Source: Felis catus
Lineage: Eukaryota
DNA: 60,000 nt
Direction: 5' to 3'
Assembly (NCBI RefSeq): GCF_018350175.1
Contig: NC_058369.1
Coordinates: forward strand, 12,774,001-12,834,000
Under the pieces are notes generated by a model. That model had not been told where the DNA came from, made no database searches, and saw only the letters and a list, made by a program, of their open reading frames with translations. Shown here in pieces: positions 23,561 to 36,365 of this stretch (position 1 is its first letter; each line of letters starts with the position of its first letter). A program made the translations under genes and the position numbers.

Positions 23561-25349
23561 CGAATGAGGCTGCACTGTGTTTCTCCCTCACCAGCTACCT
23601 CGGGGCTCTGTTCCTTTGTGCCGGCTGAGTCTGCAGTTGGGTTTCCTCCCCGGCCAGGCCAGCATTACCCCATCAGTGACAGGAGGGTAGAGGGGAGGGG
23701 CGCATGTGAAGGCGATCCCACTAGAGACTCTCAGGGTTGACCGAGCCATGCCAACGGGAGGCAAGCAAAGCCTGGCCAGCAGCCTACTCTGGAAATGCAG
23801 GCTCCCCTGGGAGGGCAGGGTAGGACAGGTAGACACGCCTAGGTCGGCCTGTCTGTGTTTGTCATCTCTATGTGCCTGCTGCACCTGCTAAGAGGCTGGC
23901 AGTCAGAGAGAGGCTGGCGCTCAGGAACAGGGGCAGTGAACACATAGGGCAAGCTGCCCAAGGCCTCCGGAAGCAGACAAGAGCATTTATGCATGCTGTT
24001 GGGCTTCCGGAGCCAAGGTGTCAGGATGGGACAGGGTCAGAAGCGGCCGCACAGGGCTGCCTGGAGCTGGGTGCTGGTGTGGACTGCCATCCAGGGTATT
24101 TCATCCAGGGCAGACCTGAGCACAAGCAGCACAAAGACCTCTTGACCCCGGGGCTTGCTGGGCCTTAGGGTTTGTCCGGTTGCATGACCCAGCACGCAGC
24201 ACAGGGAGAGAGGCCAAGAGCAGATGACCAGCTGGGGTGCCTCCTGGCCAGGCGCTCATCCCTAGTGTGTGTTAGCCACGGGGGGAGCTGGGCTTGCCAG
24301 GAGGAATGAGGGTTTGAGAAAGGAGCAGGTGGCCAAGGACAGGCCTCCAGGGACCCGCTTCAGGGCATGGGCCTCAGCAGGAAGGAGGCTCAGGTTAGGG
24401 AGAAAGGAGGAAGGTCGCTGGCGTTGCCCACCCACAAAGGAGAGCCAGAGCATTTGCAGCAAGAGAAGTGTTTGGGCCGGGAGTCTTTATCCGATGCCCA
24501 TCCAGTTCCCAGATCTCAGGGCCCAAAAGCCTGGTTGTGTCTGCATTACATGAACGCAGGTGTTTCAGACAGTCCTAAGACCACTTGTTCTTTTGGTGTG
24601 TTGAGGGGAAGGTTGGCAGCTGGTAGGGGGTGGGGCTTGGGTGAGAGAGGGTCTCGGGCAGCAGCATAGAACACTCTGGAGGGAAGTATGCTGATCAGAT
24701 AAGTCCAGGCCAAGTCTGGGTACACAGGCCACCTTGGGCCTTGGGCTGGAGTCACCAGACACTCCTGAGCTGGGGGTGAGCTGGAATGGGCGTGCAGCTT
24801 GGCCAGGGGGGAGGGGGGCAGACTAAGATCTCCCAGAAGTCATCCCCTACACCCCAGCCAGCAGTCAAGGCTCGAGCTATCCTGAGCCACCTTCAAGGCC
24901 GGGTGGCTAGAAGGTCACAGATGCGAACATCAGAGTCAGCCATCAACAGGGGAGAGAAAGGGAGAGCCAGGGGTGGGATCTTGGGAAAATGGGCATCGTA
25001 GGGAGATCCAGTGGTGCAAGAATGAGGGAAGGTGCGGTGTGGTCTGGAGGCCAAGCTACTGGGAGCCCGTGGGGGAGGTGGGCCCACCCTGGGCAACTCC
25101 ACAGAGCAAGGAATCAAATCTCTGGCTGCTTCTGTCCCCAGTGTGGCCTCCCTCAGGATGTTTCGGGAAGTAGTTGGGGTGGCGGGGGCCCAGGTCAGTA
25201 GAGTGGCCTGAAGGTAAGGTAGGAGCTGAAGTCAGAACCCGGAGCAGGAGGGAGACAAGGCAGGGCGGATCACACAGGGGACAAGAGGACGAATAAGGCA
25301 CGTGGGGGGTCGGCTTCAGACCTCGCAGACAGAAACACGCAGAGACAAA

Positions 25350-25556
25350 GGCTGTGCCTCCATGCCACCGACCTGGGGCCAGATCACTCTCCGTTGGAAG
25401 GGCCATCCTACGCACCACAGGATGTCGAGCAGTGGCCCGGGTCTCAGCCCGTTGCGTGCTGGTAGGAGTCCCTAAGGCAGTCAGGATAACCCAAAATGTG
25501 TCCAGGCCTCACGAAAGTGTCCCCCTGGCAGGGCAGAATTGCCCCCATGGAGAGTA
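25350..25556 (+). mobile_element. MER20 (degenerate)
   Basis: ggggccagatcactct...aacccaaaatgtgtccag...gggcagaattgccccc. Confidence 0.6.
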
Positions 25557-26423
25557 AGTTTTAGGTTGATCGCATGCAAAGAACACTGTCGGTGTCACAG
25601 ACGTTTCATGCCTATGACATTTCATGCCTAAATGGCTGCAGATATGATTTTGGTAACATTATGTCGTTGTGCTTCCACATCAACCCAACTATATTCAGCA
25701 CCAACACCGAGGGCGGCTGGCAGGCAGGGAGGCAATCTCCTGCTGGCTTTCTCAGTCGTTCCCGGAAAGAGGAGGCTGGTGCTGTTTCTTGCCCTGAGAT
25801 CAGCCAGAGCCAAGCAAATGGGTCACTGCCCCCAACCCCCCCCCCCCGCCCCTGCCCTACGCCCAGAAATCTCGTGGCTTTGTCGCCGCTCAAGCACTTG
25901 GGTTTGGCCTTCCAGGCAGACTCTGAGTGACATTTTAAAATGATATTTTAAGAGCTGCTTGTCGATACCGAAGAATGGAGCTGCCCAGCCTGAGGCCCCC
26001 CCCCCCCCAGAGCTGAGAAGTCACCCGCTCCCTATGTGTTCCTGCAGAGGAACTTCTTGAAAGCACATGAGCAGTTTCCCGAGGCAGTTAGTACTGCTTC
26101 CAGAGCTCTGGAATTTTATCACCCCTCCACCCCTGTCCTCCTGGTGCGGCTTCCTGAACATAATGGCAGGTGTTGGCTGTGGTTTGGTTTATGTCTCTTT
26201 TAAGCGTCTCCCCGACAGGAAACAAGCCAGGGCCACCATGGTGGTTTTTGCTGCTGGGGAGCATGCGTGGTTATCTGCCCCGTTTTGGCAAAACTGTGAC
26301 GCATTTTATTATTGCTTTTGGTTCTACTCCGTAGGTGCTTGTCTTTGCTCTTTTCATCTAATGCTTCATTTTTTTTTATTAGTATCATTTTCCTTATTTG
26401 AAGTAGAATTTCTTTTTGTATAT

Positions 26424-26656
26424 ACCGGGGATTGGCAAACTCCAGCCCACGAGTTAAATCCGCCAGAGCCGGTTTCTATAAATAAAGTTTTATTGGCACA
26501 TAGCCACGCTCCCTCATTTACCTATAGTCTGTGGTAGCTTTCACGCTGCCTTTCACAAAGGCAGAGCAGAGCCTTTGCAACAGAGACACCGTATAGCCCA
26601 CAAAACCAACACTGTTTATCACCTGGCCCTTTATAGGAGAGGTTTGCTGACCCCTC
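26424..26656 (-). mobile_element. MER58A
   Basis: ttggcaaact...aaataaagttttattgg...ggtttgctgacccct. Confidence 0.8.
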
Positions 26657-26874
26657 ATACCTCTACGTTCACATGGAACATTCCGGAACTTTCCACAACT
26701 TTCTTCATGCCCTCTTCTCACCTTCTGCTCAGCTCCCCATACCCAAATATAGGAAACCAGATTCTTACCCTCGTTGGTGAACTGGCATCACCAGCTCAAA
26801 TCTTTCTGCATTTGTATCCATACCAGGTATAAGCACGTGTTCATAAACATCTACCCGTGGGGGGGAGGGGGGTC

Positions 26875-27915
26875 TGTGATACTGTGATTTATAGTAAGAA
26901 ATATATATTTGGTTTTCCTCCTGTTCCTGGCACAGAACTGCTAGAACCTTAAGAATTTCCTAAGTGATAAGGATAATACGGTTGTGTTATGTTAATGAGG
27001 TGGCTTTTGGAAGGCATCTAAGGATGGGGGCTGGTTACCAACAGAGCCAGCCGTGTGATTAAAGGGTTGGAACTTCAGCCCTGTGCCCCTGACCTTTGGG
27101 GAGGGGAGAGGAGCTGGAAGTTGAAATCAAAACCGGCTTGGGTGACTCAGTTGGTTAAGTGTCCAACTCTTGATTTTGGGCTCGGGTCATGATCTTGTGG
27201 TTCATGGGATCAAGCCCCACGTTGGGCTCTGCTCTGACAGCACCAGAGCCTGCTTGGGATTCTCTCTTTACCTCTCTGCCCCTTCCCCTCCTGCGCAGAC
27301 ACACTCTCTTGCTGTCCCTCTCAAAATAAACATTAAAAAAAAAAAAAAAAAAAAGAACAGTCACCAACGGCCAGTGATTTAATCAGAAGCCCCCATAAAA
27401 ACCCAAAAGGAGGGAGTTCAGAGAGCTTCTGAATTGGTGAACACATGGATGTGCTGGGGGTTGGGGGGTGGCACACCCAGAGGGCATGGGAGCTCCGCGC
27501 CCCTTCCCACATACCCTGCCCTGTACGTCTCCTCCATCTGGCCATTCCTGAGTTACATCGTTTTACAAGAAACTGGAAATGGAGTGAGTAAACTGGTTTC
27601 CCAAGTTCCGTGAATCACTCTTGCAAACTAATTAGACCCAAAGAGGGATTTGTAGGAACTTCTGACTGATAACCAGTTGGTCAGAAGCGTGGATAACAAC
27701 CTGGCTTTCAGTTGGCATCTGAAGGGGGGCAGGATGCAGCCTTTATGGGACTGAGCCCTTAACCCGTGAGATGTGACGCTATCTCAGGGTCAGCGGCATC
27801 AGAATTGAGTTGAATTGTAGGAGGCCCAGCAGGCGTTGGAGGCTAGGTTGGCGTGGGGCGGGGGGGGGGGGGGCGGTGGGGATGACGCGCACGTCGGAGT
27901 TGGAGGCAGAACTGT
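26875..27915 (+). mobile_element. MER21-like LTR containing a SINE
   Basis: tgtgatactgtga...atatatttgg...aggatgggggctggttacca...ggaggggagag...caccaacggccagtgatttaatc. Confidence 0.75.
27135..27354 (+). mobile_element. Can-SINE
   Basis: SINE body with A19 tail inside the LTR. Confidence 0.85.
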
Positions 27916-29436
27916 AGAGTCTCAGAGCGGTTTGGGGGGGCCAGGAAAGGAAGGCTGGGATGCAGATGTCCCATAAAGTCCAGCAGGGCCGGCTCCACCC
28001 TAGCGCTCTGCTCAGGCTTCTTGCTGTCCTCCTCACCCGCTCTGGGTCCCACGGGCCACTGGGCGTGTTTTTACAGCCAGCGCATCTGAGCTCTGGCTGA
28101 GGGTGCCGGGGGCTGTGTGGGTCCTCCTCCCAGCCTTGTACCCTCACGGAGGGCCCTTGGAGGGTCTCCAGCCACACCCCAGGCCCTGAGACCTTCTGCA
28201 CCCTGCCTGCAAGGCCACACCACCTGCTAGGGCCATAGTGGGAGGAGGACGCTGAGTGAGACCCCATTGTCACCTGGACCCTCCCCCATAACCCCTGGAT
28301 CCCCCGGTTTCGGGGAAGGTGCTAGAGCTTGACAAGGCCAGGTCAGAAGTGTGTACCCAGGGACGAGGCATCCCTGGAGGAAGCTAGCATCCGAGATGTC
28401 AGATGTGTGCCCACACAGACGCACTGGAGCTCACGGCTGGAGCGGGGGGAGGGGGGGGTGACTCAGCCAGAGAGAGGACATTGAGGACTAGACTCTCGTG
28501 GCCCGGTGGGGGGGAGGTGGGACTCAGCCCAGCTGCAGAGTGATAAGAGGATGTCAGCAGAGGACCGTGTGTCCTATGGCAGTGGGTTTGGGGGGGGGGG
28601 GGGGAATGCTGCGGAAGGGGTGGCCATCCAGATGCCGGGGCTCGCTGTTGCTCTCTGTCCTCCCTGGGCCCTGCAGACCCACGAGGCTGCCTTTCTGGTC
28701 TCTGCATAGAAAAAGTGCAGATCCCTGACCCTTTGCAACCATCTAAGGGTATTTTAGACAAAAGGGGAACTTATATATTTTTGGGAACGCCGCATCTAAG
28801 AGAAAAGTGAAAATTATGGGTTGTATTTTAAGCACCCAGAAAGGCCTCTTTGGGATTTACGGAAAAAGTTGATTAAAAGGCAAAGCGTAGCTGGGGCCCG
28901 GGACACCCCTGCCACAGCCACCGCCCTTTCGGAAGGTTCTGAATACTTGGCTGCACCAGGACTGGACGGGGCGGGGGAGTGTCGGGCCATCTATCAGCTA
29001 CATCTGCCTTGCTGTCTGGGGCGGGAGCACAGCTGGGCAATGCAGCCACATGGCCTGGCAGCCAATTTGTTTCCTCGCGATTACCCAGGATGGAGGGACT
29101 CCAGTGTCCCATCCCCAGCATCTCTGGGAAGCTGCCCTCTGAAATTCCCCCCCGTGTCGGTCAGCCGCCCGCTGGCCACAGCCAACTTCCAAGGCCAAGC
29201 CCTGCAAGGCTCCACTTACCTGAGGCCCCTTGAGCCTGAGGCTCGCGGTCACCTGCCCAGCTACTGACCAGCCCTGTGACCCCAGCATGGGGTTGCTGAC
29301 CAGTTCCTTTTAGGTGGAGGGGAGAATAGCACACCACGTGGCAGCAACAGACACAGGCCTGTAGCCTTTCCTGGCTAAATGGATCTCTGGGACCCGGGGA
29401 TCCCCAGGGTAGCTGATTTTTTAATGGAGTTTAAGG

Positions 29437-29571
29437 CTTGGTCCTCATCTGGCACGATCCTGCCCCAAGGGCGCGTGTGATAACACTGCAAACCGGCATC
29501 TAGAGGGTCGAAGCCAGGGATGCTGCTGTTCAAGGTCCTACAGCGTGCAGGACAGCCCCTGACAGCCCCCA

Positions 29572-29628
<57 letters not shown>

Positions 29629-29671
29629 TGATCTGGCCCCAAATGCAGTGCCAAGGCCGAGGAATATGCTG
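29437..29671 (-). mobile_element. MER20 with internal (CA)n at ~29573-29626
   Basis: ggcatctagagggtcgaagccagggatgctgct...ggacagcccc (CA)n atctggccccaaatgcagtgccaagg. Confidence 0.7.
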
Positions 29672-30209
29672 TAGTTGAGGGGCCTCTAGGATATGCAGTT
29701 AAAAATCCAGCCTGGGGCTCTGGAGCTACTACCTGGACAAAGGTACTCATTGGAGGTATGAATGTGGGGGAGATTGTGAGAGAGAGAAGATGACAAGGAC
29801 ACGCGGCCCCTGAGGGAACACCTTTCGTTCTACCGAAGTGCCCGGACCAGTTCCTGCCCTTCAGCCTGTGACCGCACCCCGTTCCACCATAATTTACCAC
29901 CCGTAGGACTTCAGGGCCCAGAGCCAGCCCCTGCCAGGAGGCCAGGAAGACAGGAGCTGCCACGTGCTGTGTGACCTGCGGCAAGTGTGCATCTCTGCTC
30001 TGCCTGCTGATCTCTGACCCCAGGGCCTTTGCATGCACTACATCCTCAGTCTAGAAGGCTCTTGCCCCCAGTAATCTAGCTGAGTCCCACCCCAAGGCCT
30101 TCTGGGAAAGCCAGAGGTCCAGAATGTCACATGATCAGCAGAGTCATGCCAGCAGAGCTCCCGCCACCCCACATCCTGAGGCCATTTGGTGTTCCAGGGC
30201 TGTTTGTTC

Positions 30210-30454
30210 CTTTTTTAATTTTTATTATTATTATTATTGTTTAGAAAATATATTTTTTTAAATATTTAATTTTTGAAAGAGACAGAGCATGAGCGGCGGA
30301 AGGGCAGAGAGAGAGGGAGACACAGAATCGGAAGCAGGTTCCAGGCTCTGAGCTGTCAGGGCAGAGCACGACGCGGGGCTCGAACTCACAGGCTGCGAGA
30401 TCATGACCTGAGCCGAAGTCGGACGCTGAACCAACTGAGCCAGCCAGGCGCCCC
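30210..30454 (-). mobile_element. SINEC_Fc
   Basis: TSD agggctgtttgtt. Confidence 0.9.
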
Positions 30455-30619
30455 AAGGGCTGTTTGTTTCTAATAGCAAGCTAGTCCAGTTTGATAGCCC
30501 CAGCTCTGAAAGAGCAGGGATTAAGTGTGTGCTGAGATGAGGTCACCGTAACACCAAGGTGAGGAGGATGCCTCGTGGGGAGACTCCGTGGAGAGGGTCA
30601 CGAGAGCAGCAAAGGTGAA

Positions 30620-30900
30620 TGAAAGAAGCCACGTTACAAAAGGCCACATATTCTGTGATCCCATCTGTATGTGTCCAGAACAGACAAGTCCATAGGGACA
30701 GAAAGTAGTGATCGGCTAATCTGGGGAGGGGGGCAGGGAGTGACTGCTCGTGGGGGTGGGGGGGTCCTTCTTTTGGGGTGATGAAATGTTCTGGAACTAG
30801 CTAGAGGTGACAGTTGCACAACATGGTGAACATACCACATGCCCCTGAATTACACATTAAAAATCGTTAAAATGGTGACTTTTATGTCACAGGGACTTCA
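30620..30900 (+). mobile_element. L1MB-like 3' end
   Basis: aaaaggccacatatt...ttttggggtgatgaaatgttctggaactag. Confidence 0.75.
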
Positions 30901-31416
30901 CAATTGAAACAGAAATGCAGAGTGGGGCTCTACACATCTGGAACTCCCCATGGGGACCTGCCACGTCCCCTCCCTGATTCCCTCCCATAGATCTTGCACC
31001 TTGCTGCCATCAGTAGCCAGACCAGGGAGGGTGGTAATGAGTACAAGTCCCAGATGAAATTTACAGACACCGTTTCTTAGCAGACGGGAGCCCAGACATC
31101 CTAGAGGTCGTTCTACTGGCTCTGACCTCTTTGGTGGCTTCGGGCACACTGGAGTGTCTCCATGTCCCTGAGCCCCATCCCTCAAGAAGAGGCCACAGGA
31201 CGCTTAGAAGGAATTTCTCAAGGGAGGCAAATGTCTCAAAAATGTGTTTTCCAGCCCACTTTTCCATCCATGGAAGCCCACTTTGAACACCCATTATGCC
31301 AATTGCTGAAACTCCAGGGGCCGAGTGATGGTAAAATTGGCCAGAGTGGGTCAGCGGTGGTCACTCCAGGGTACATATCCTGGATGAGGCCGCTGCCCTT
31401 GTAGAGAGGCTTGGAC

Positions 31417-32254
31417 CACAATTCTGCAAGCTGATTCTGTCAAAGGCCCCGTAGTCAACATTTCCAGATTTTAGGACCATGCAGTCTCTATCAGTTATGG
31501 AACATTGCCCTCAAAGAGCAAAAGCAGACACAGATAATACATACATGAATGGGTGGGGCCACGTGCCCATAGAGCTATTTATAAAAAACAGGTGGTGCAT
31601 CTGGAGAGAAGCATCAGACAGACTCACACTGAGGGGTCGCCTGCAAAACACCCAACCAGTCCCCCTCGAAACTGGTCAAAATCTCAAAAACAAGGAAAGT
31701 CCGAGAAACTTTGTACGGAGACATCAAGGAGACAGGATGACTGAATGTGATAGGGGATCCTGGAACAGAAAAGGGACATTAGGGAAAAACTGAGGACATC
31801 TGAATAGAGCATGAACTTAATCACTGATAACTTAATATTGGTTTGTTAATTGTGACAAATGCAGGGTTAACAGGGAAGCTGTGAGGTACTCGGGAATTTT
31901 GCTGGAATATTCTTATATATTGCTTTTCATAAATCCGAAACTATTCGACAATTAAAAGTTCATATTTTTGGTAAGAAGTCATTCAGCCAGGGGCGCCTGG
32001 GTGGCTCAGTCGGTTAAGCATCCGACTCTTGATTTCCGCTCAGGTCACGATCTCGTGGTTTCATGAGTTCGAGCCCCGCATCGGGCTCTGTGCTGACGGT
32101 GCAGCGCCTGCCTGGGATTCTCTCTCTCTCTCCCTCTCTCTGCCCCTACCCTGCGCATGCTCTGTCTCTGTCAAAATAAAGAAACTTTAAATTAAAAAAA
32201 AAAAAAAATTCATTCAGCCAGATTTGGCCTGTGGGACATAGTTTGCAGACCCTG
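31417..32254 (+). mobile_element. MER58A split by an L1 3' fragment (~31598-31970) and a SINE
   Basis: MER58 left part to aaaaacaggtgg; resumes cagccagatttggcctgtggg...gtttgcagaccctg. Confidence 0.65.
31990..32208 (+). mobile_element. Can-SINE
   Basis: TSD tcattcagcca (31979-31989, 32210-32220). Confidence 0.92.
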
Positions 32255-33859
32255 GGCTTAGATAAGTTCCCACCACCTCAATGAAATGTTCAAAGTAAAC
32301 CTCAGATAGGTAAGATCCTGGCACAGTGAATTTGGACTGCACGCACCTCCACCCTCTCCCGCTTCCCCGTTTCTGTCGGGCAGAGCCATCACCAGTGGTC
32401 TTCTTGGGTCCTTTCCTCCATCACCCATATGCTCGCTGCCTCCATATCCTTGTCTCTTCCTCTGAAATATTTTCCGCTACGGCCGGGACCCTGGCCACAG
32501 TAGCCCCGCTGCTATGGGCAGGTGACAGTGTCGGACAACCAGGGCGACGTCCCGAGCAGCGGCTTCTGGTCCAGGCCTGTCTGGGCACACAGCACAGCCC
32601 CCTGCCAGGGGTGTTTCCCAGACGAGCCCTCGCTTCTCAGAGCTGTGAGGGTCCAAAGCCAGGAGGCGGTTCTCAACAAGGATTCTTCCTCCTGTGCCTG
32701 TTCGGGCATCATCATCATCACAAGGGCGTCCCTCACCCCTCCACCTTACCGTGCCTGGCAGAACAAGGTTGTCGAGTGGGACAGGGGCTGGACCTGCCTG
32801 GGGTCGGGGTGCAGGTGGGGAGTGGCCAATCCTGGCAAAGCCCTGTAGTATGAAAGCTGCCCTTCTCTCAGGGCTAAACGTCAGGAAAGCAGTCTGATTA
32901 AACCAAGTGCATTGAACACCCAAGTATTTTGCTCCATTCTGCCCTTGACTCTTGAGACCTCTACTCCAGACGTCCAGGAAAGAGGGGAGTGTAAGTAGAC
33001 ATTCTCTTGCTTTATTTCTCCCCCGAGATACGTCATTTTCATAATAAATCCTAAAGCCATAGTTGTTATCCTACCGTGAATGAGAAGAACCCTCTCAGGC
33101 TCTGGCTTAAGAATTTAGATTCCTTGGCCTTTCCAGAAATTCTGCAGGTTTGGGATGGGGCCCAAGACTCTTACCTCTACCAAGCTCCCACAGCTCATAC
33201 TTGGGGTCTCAACTTTTTCTTTCTTTCCGTCTCCCCAACCCACCAGAGTGGCACAGTAGTGGTGACTCATTGGCAATTCTAACTCCCCCCTCCTATAAGC
33301 AGGGGAGCCCCAAGATAACAGGTTCGCCCACCCCAGGGATGGGGGATGGGGTCAAAGGCAACCCCTTCTCCAGGGATGTGGAGAGAGTCCGTAGTGCCTC
33401 CACAAGGGTGGAGGGATGCTCCGGAGACCCCCCAGCCCACCCGTGGGAGCTCACCTTCCCTCACGCGTGCAAATGCTTGGTTTTGCTGCATAAAAAGTAC
33501 CAAAAGCCCTCACTGTTCTCACGATTGCCACCCGAGTGCATGCTGTTTGGGAATTGGGTAGGGAAGTCGTTGTCCTCCCAAGATGAAACCTTCCATAATG
33601 AACTGCCCACTTACAGAACAAGTCCTCTACTCACGCTCTCCTGTCAGCGTGCTCTCTCCTGGGTACGTCCCGCCACACAAACGCCATGCAAATCAGTTGC
33701 AAGGTGAGGTTGAAAAGGTTCAGGATTCCAGGACATCCTCACGTGATCCGGATTTTGCTCCGACTTCAGTCACTCATGAGTGACTTCGGTCACCTCCATG
33801 AGCAGCAGGTGGGGAAGGGAGCTAATGATAGCAGTCTGAGCTTCAGGAGGAAACGAGTC

Positions 33860-34990
33860 TGTCGTGCTGTTAAATGTGACCGGGTGCAATCTGCCTACTA
33901 AAGGGAGAGGATTTTCAGCTTGGCTCACCAAGCCGAGTTCGACTGTGTGGTTTATGAAGAAGACACGCCTAAATCAAAGTGGTTCAGGGTGCTAAGAATG
34001 AAAAAAACAGGCCCAGATGTAGCAGGCAGATAGAAACAGGAGCGAAGAGAGCTGCGGTCCATGGACACGGAGAAGGCAGAGCTTGGGGCTCCGAAGGTTA
34101 CATGTGACGACATTCATCATAATGCCAAAAGCCTCAGTTTACACTTAAGGTATAATAGTTGCCAATGTCTGCACCAGACAATACAGATGCTGTCATTACA
34201 AAGTGGAAATTATAGAAGATACCAGGAGAAACAGATATGAACACATAGCAAGAGGCTGGTTGAGTGGACAGCAAATCACAGGCATGTAATTAATATGCCC
34301 AAACCATGTATTGAGACAAATCTGTGGCTATATCACAAATCCTTGACTGTGATATGAGAATAAATCTTAAGTACTTATGGAGCATTCACAAAACTCATTC
34401 CTATATCAGGACACGGAGAAAGCATCTAGAACTTCCACAAGTAGGAACACTACAAGCAGTACCTTTAACAATGGAATAAAACTAGAAATTAATTTTAAAA
34501 AAAAATTTAATGTTTATTTTTGAGAGACAGAGCGCGAGTGGGGCAGGGACAGAGAGAGAGGGAGACACAGCAGGCTCCAGGCCCTGAGCTGTCAGCACAG
34601 ATTTGGATGTGGGGCTCAAATCCACGAACTGTGAGATCATGACCTGAGCCCAAGTTGGACGCTTAACTGACTGAGCTACACAAGCACCCCCAGAAATAAA
34701 TTTTTTAAAGGCCCTTCCACATGGAGATTTTTTTGAAAAATAAATCATAAGTCTCTGTTAACTCCTGGATGAAGGGGGATCTATAAATCAAAATTACAGA
34801 TTTTCTAAAAATGAATGACCAAAACTATGTATTATCAGAATCCACAAGACCCTTTAAAGCAGTACCAAGAGGACAATTCATAGCCATAAGCACTTTACAT
34901 TCATAAATATGAACAAATGAAAATGACTTAATTTCCCAGCTCTAAAACCTGAGAAAAAGGACCAAGTAAACCCCCAAGAGAATGATTTGG
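33860..34990 (+). mobile_element. Ancient L1 ORF2 5' (endonuclease) remnant, disrupted
   Basis: ttaaatgtgaccgggtgcaatctgcctactaaag...gaagacacgcctaaa resembles degenerate L1 EN (LNVNGLN..IK / ETHL); A-rich. Confidence 0.6.
34494..34691 (-). mobile_element. SINEC_Fc
   Basis: Antisense SINE inside the L1 remnant. Confidence 0.85.
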
Positions 34991-36152
34991 CTGTCACAAC
35001 AGATAAGATGAGCCTGCGGGGAAATTGATGAATTCCTCAAATATTTTTGGTGCAATAGGAACCAAGCAAGTCCTCTCCCTATCAAAGCTTGATCTGTTCT
35101 TTAGTCTTTCTGTGGTCTAGCACGTGGTTTCATTATAACCTAAACAAAAATGTAGTGAAATATGAGATACGATAACTTGTTTCATACTTGGTTTTCTCCT
35201 CCCCCTCGTCCTGTTCTTCCTCCTCCTTGTTCCGGTCCCTCAGGACCTTGGTTTGGTCCCCCTAGGAGCCCTTGCTGGTTTTCAGTGTTTCTGGCCAGGT
35301 CTGTGGCTGATCGTTGGTGCCAGTCCAGATAAGAGTGACAGAGCCTGTGAGAAACTGGGGACACGGAGGTAGGGTGAGAGTCACATCCCATCATCCCTCG
35401 GCTCTCTGCAAATGCCTGCTGTCCATTTGTCCATCCATCCAGCAGCTGGCTGTTGATGAGAGCTGCTGGTTGCCCCAAGCCCCATGGGCAACAGGAAGGG
35501 AACAGAATCCAGGCAGAGGCAGGGTGTCAGCAGGGCCCTGGAAAGCCTCCACTTCTTGCCCCATACCTGCAGGCCCCCTGAGCCAGCTGTGCCTCCTGGG
35601 CAGGCTGGCAGTGACGGGGAGGCTCCTGTCTCCCACCCCACGGCCCCCTCCTCTCACCAGCATTACCACCCTCCCCCCCCCCATCGTCATCCTTGTCCCC
35701 CCCGGCATCTTCCCTCCCGAGAACTGGCCTCCCCCTCCACTGCTCCCCACGTGGCAGTTCTGTGGGAATCGCTTTAGTTGTACTTCTTACTTCTGTACTT
35801 CCTGGGACCTTGCGGGCCTGTCCGGCCCTCCGTGCTTTAAGGTCCTGTTTCTCTGTGTCCTTGCTGTGCCTGGGGAGACCAGTCTGTCTAGATGATGCTC
35901 ACCCACCCTGTGTCTGAGCATCCATGTACCTGAGGGCCCCCAGAACAGTGGCCGGCACGCTTGTCTCATGAAGGACCCCCAGGTCACTTTCAGCTCTGCC
36001 GCTGTAGTCCGAGAACGGGCACAGACCGTATGTTAACAGACACGGGACATGGCTGTGCGCTAGACAGAACTTTATTCATGGACACCGGAAGGTGAATTTC
36101 GTATCGTTTTCACATGTTCTTAAATGTTCTTTTTTATTTTTTTTTAAAGTGT

Positions 36153-36365
36153 TTTTTTTTTTAACGTTTATTTATTTTTGAGACAGAGAGAGACAGAGCA
36201 TGAACAGGGGAGGGGCAGAGAGAGAGGGAGACACAGAACCGGAAGCAGGCTCCAGGCTCTGAGCCATCAGCCCAGAGCCCGACGCAGGGCTCGAACTCCT
36301 GGACCGCGAGATCGTGACCTGAGCCGAAGTCCGACGCTTAACCGACTGAGCCACCCAGGCGCCCT
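36153..36365 (-). mobile_element. Young SINEC_Fc inside a MER58B-like element (~35985-36430)
   Basis: CpG-rich gagccatcagcccagagcccgacg...gaccgcgagatcgtgacc. Confidence 0.88.

Noticed and set aside
33860..34990. Possible domesticated L1 endonuclease gene
   Set aside because: No intact frame; interrupted by a SINE.
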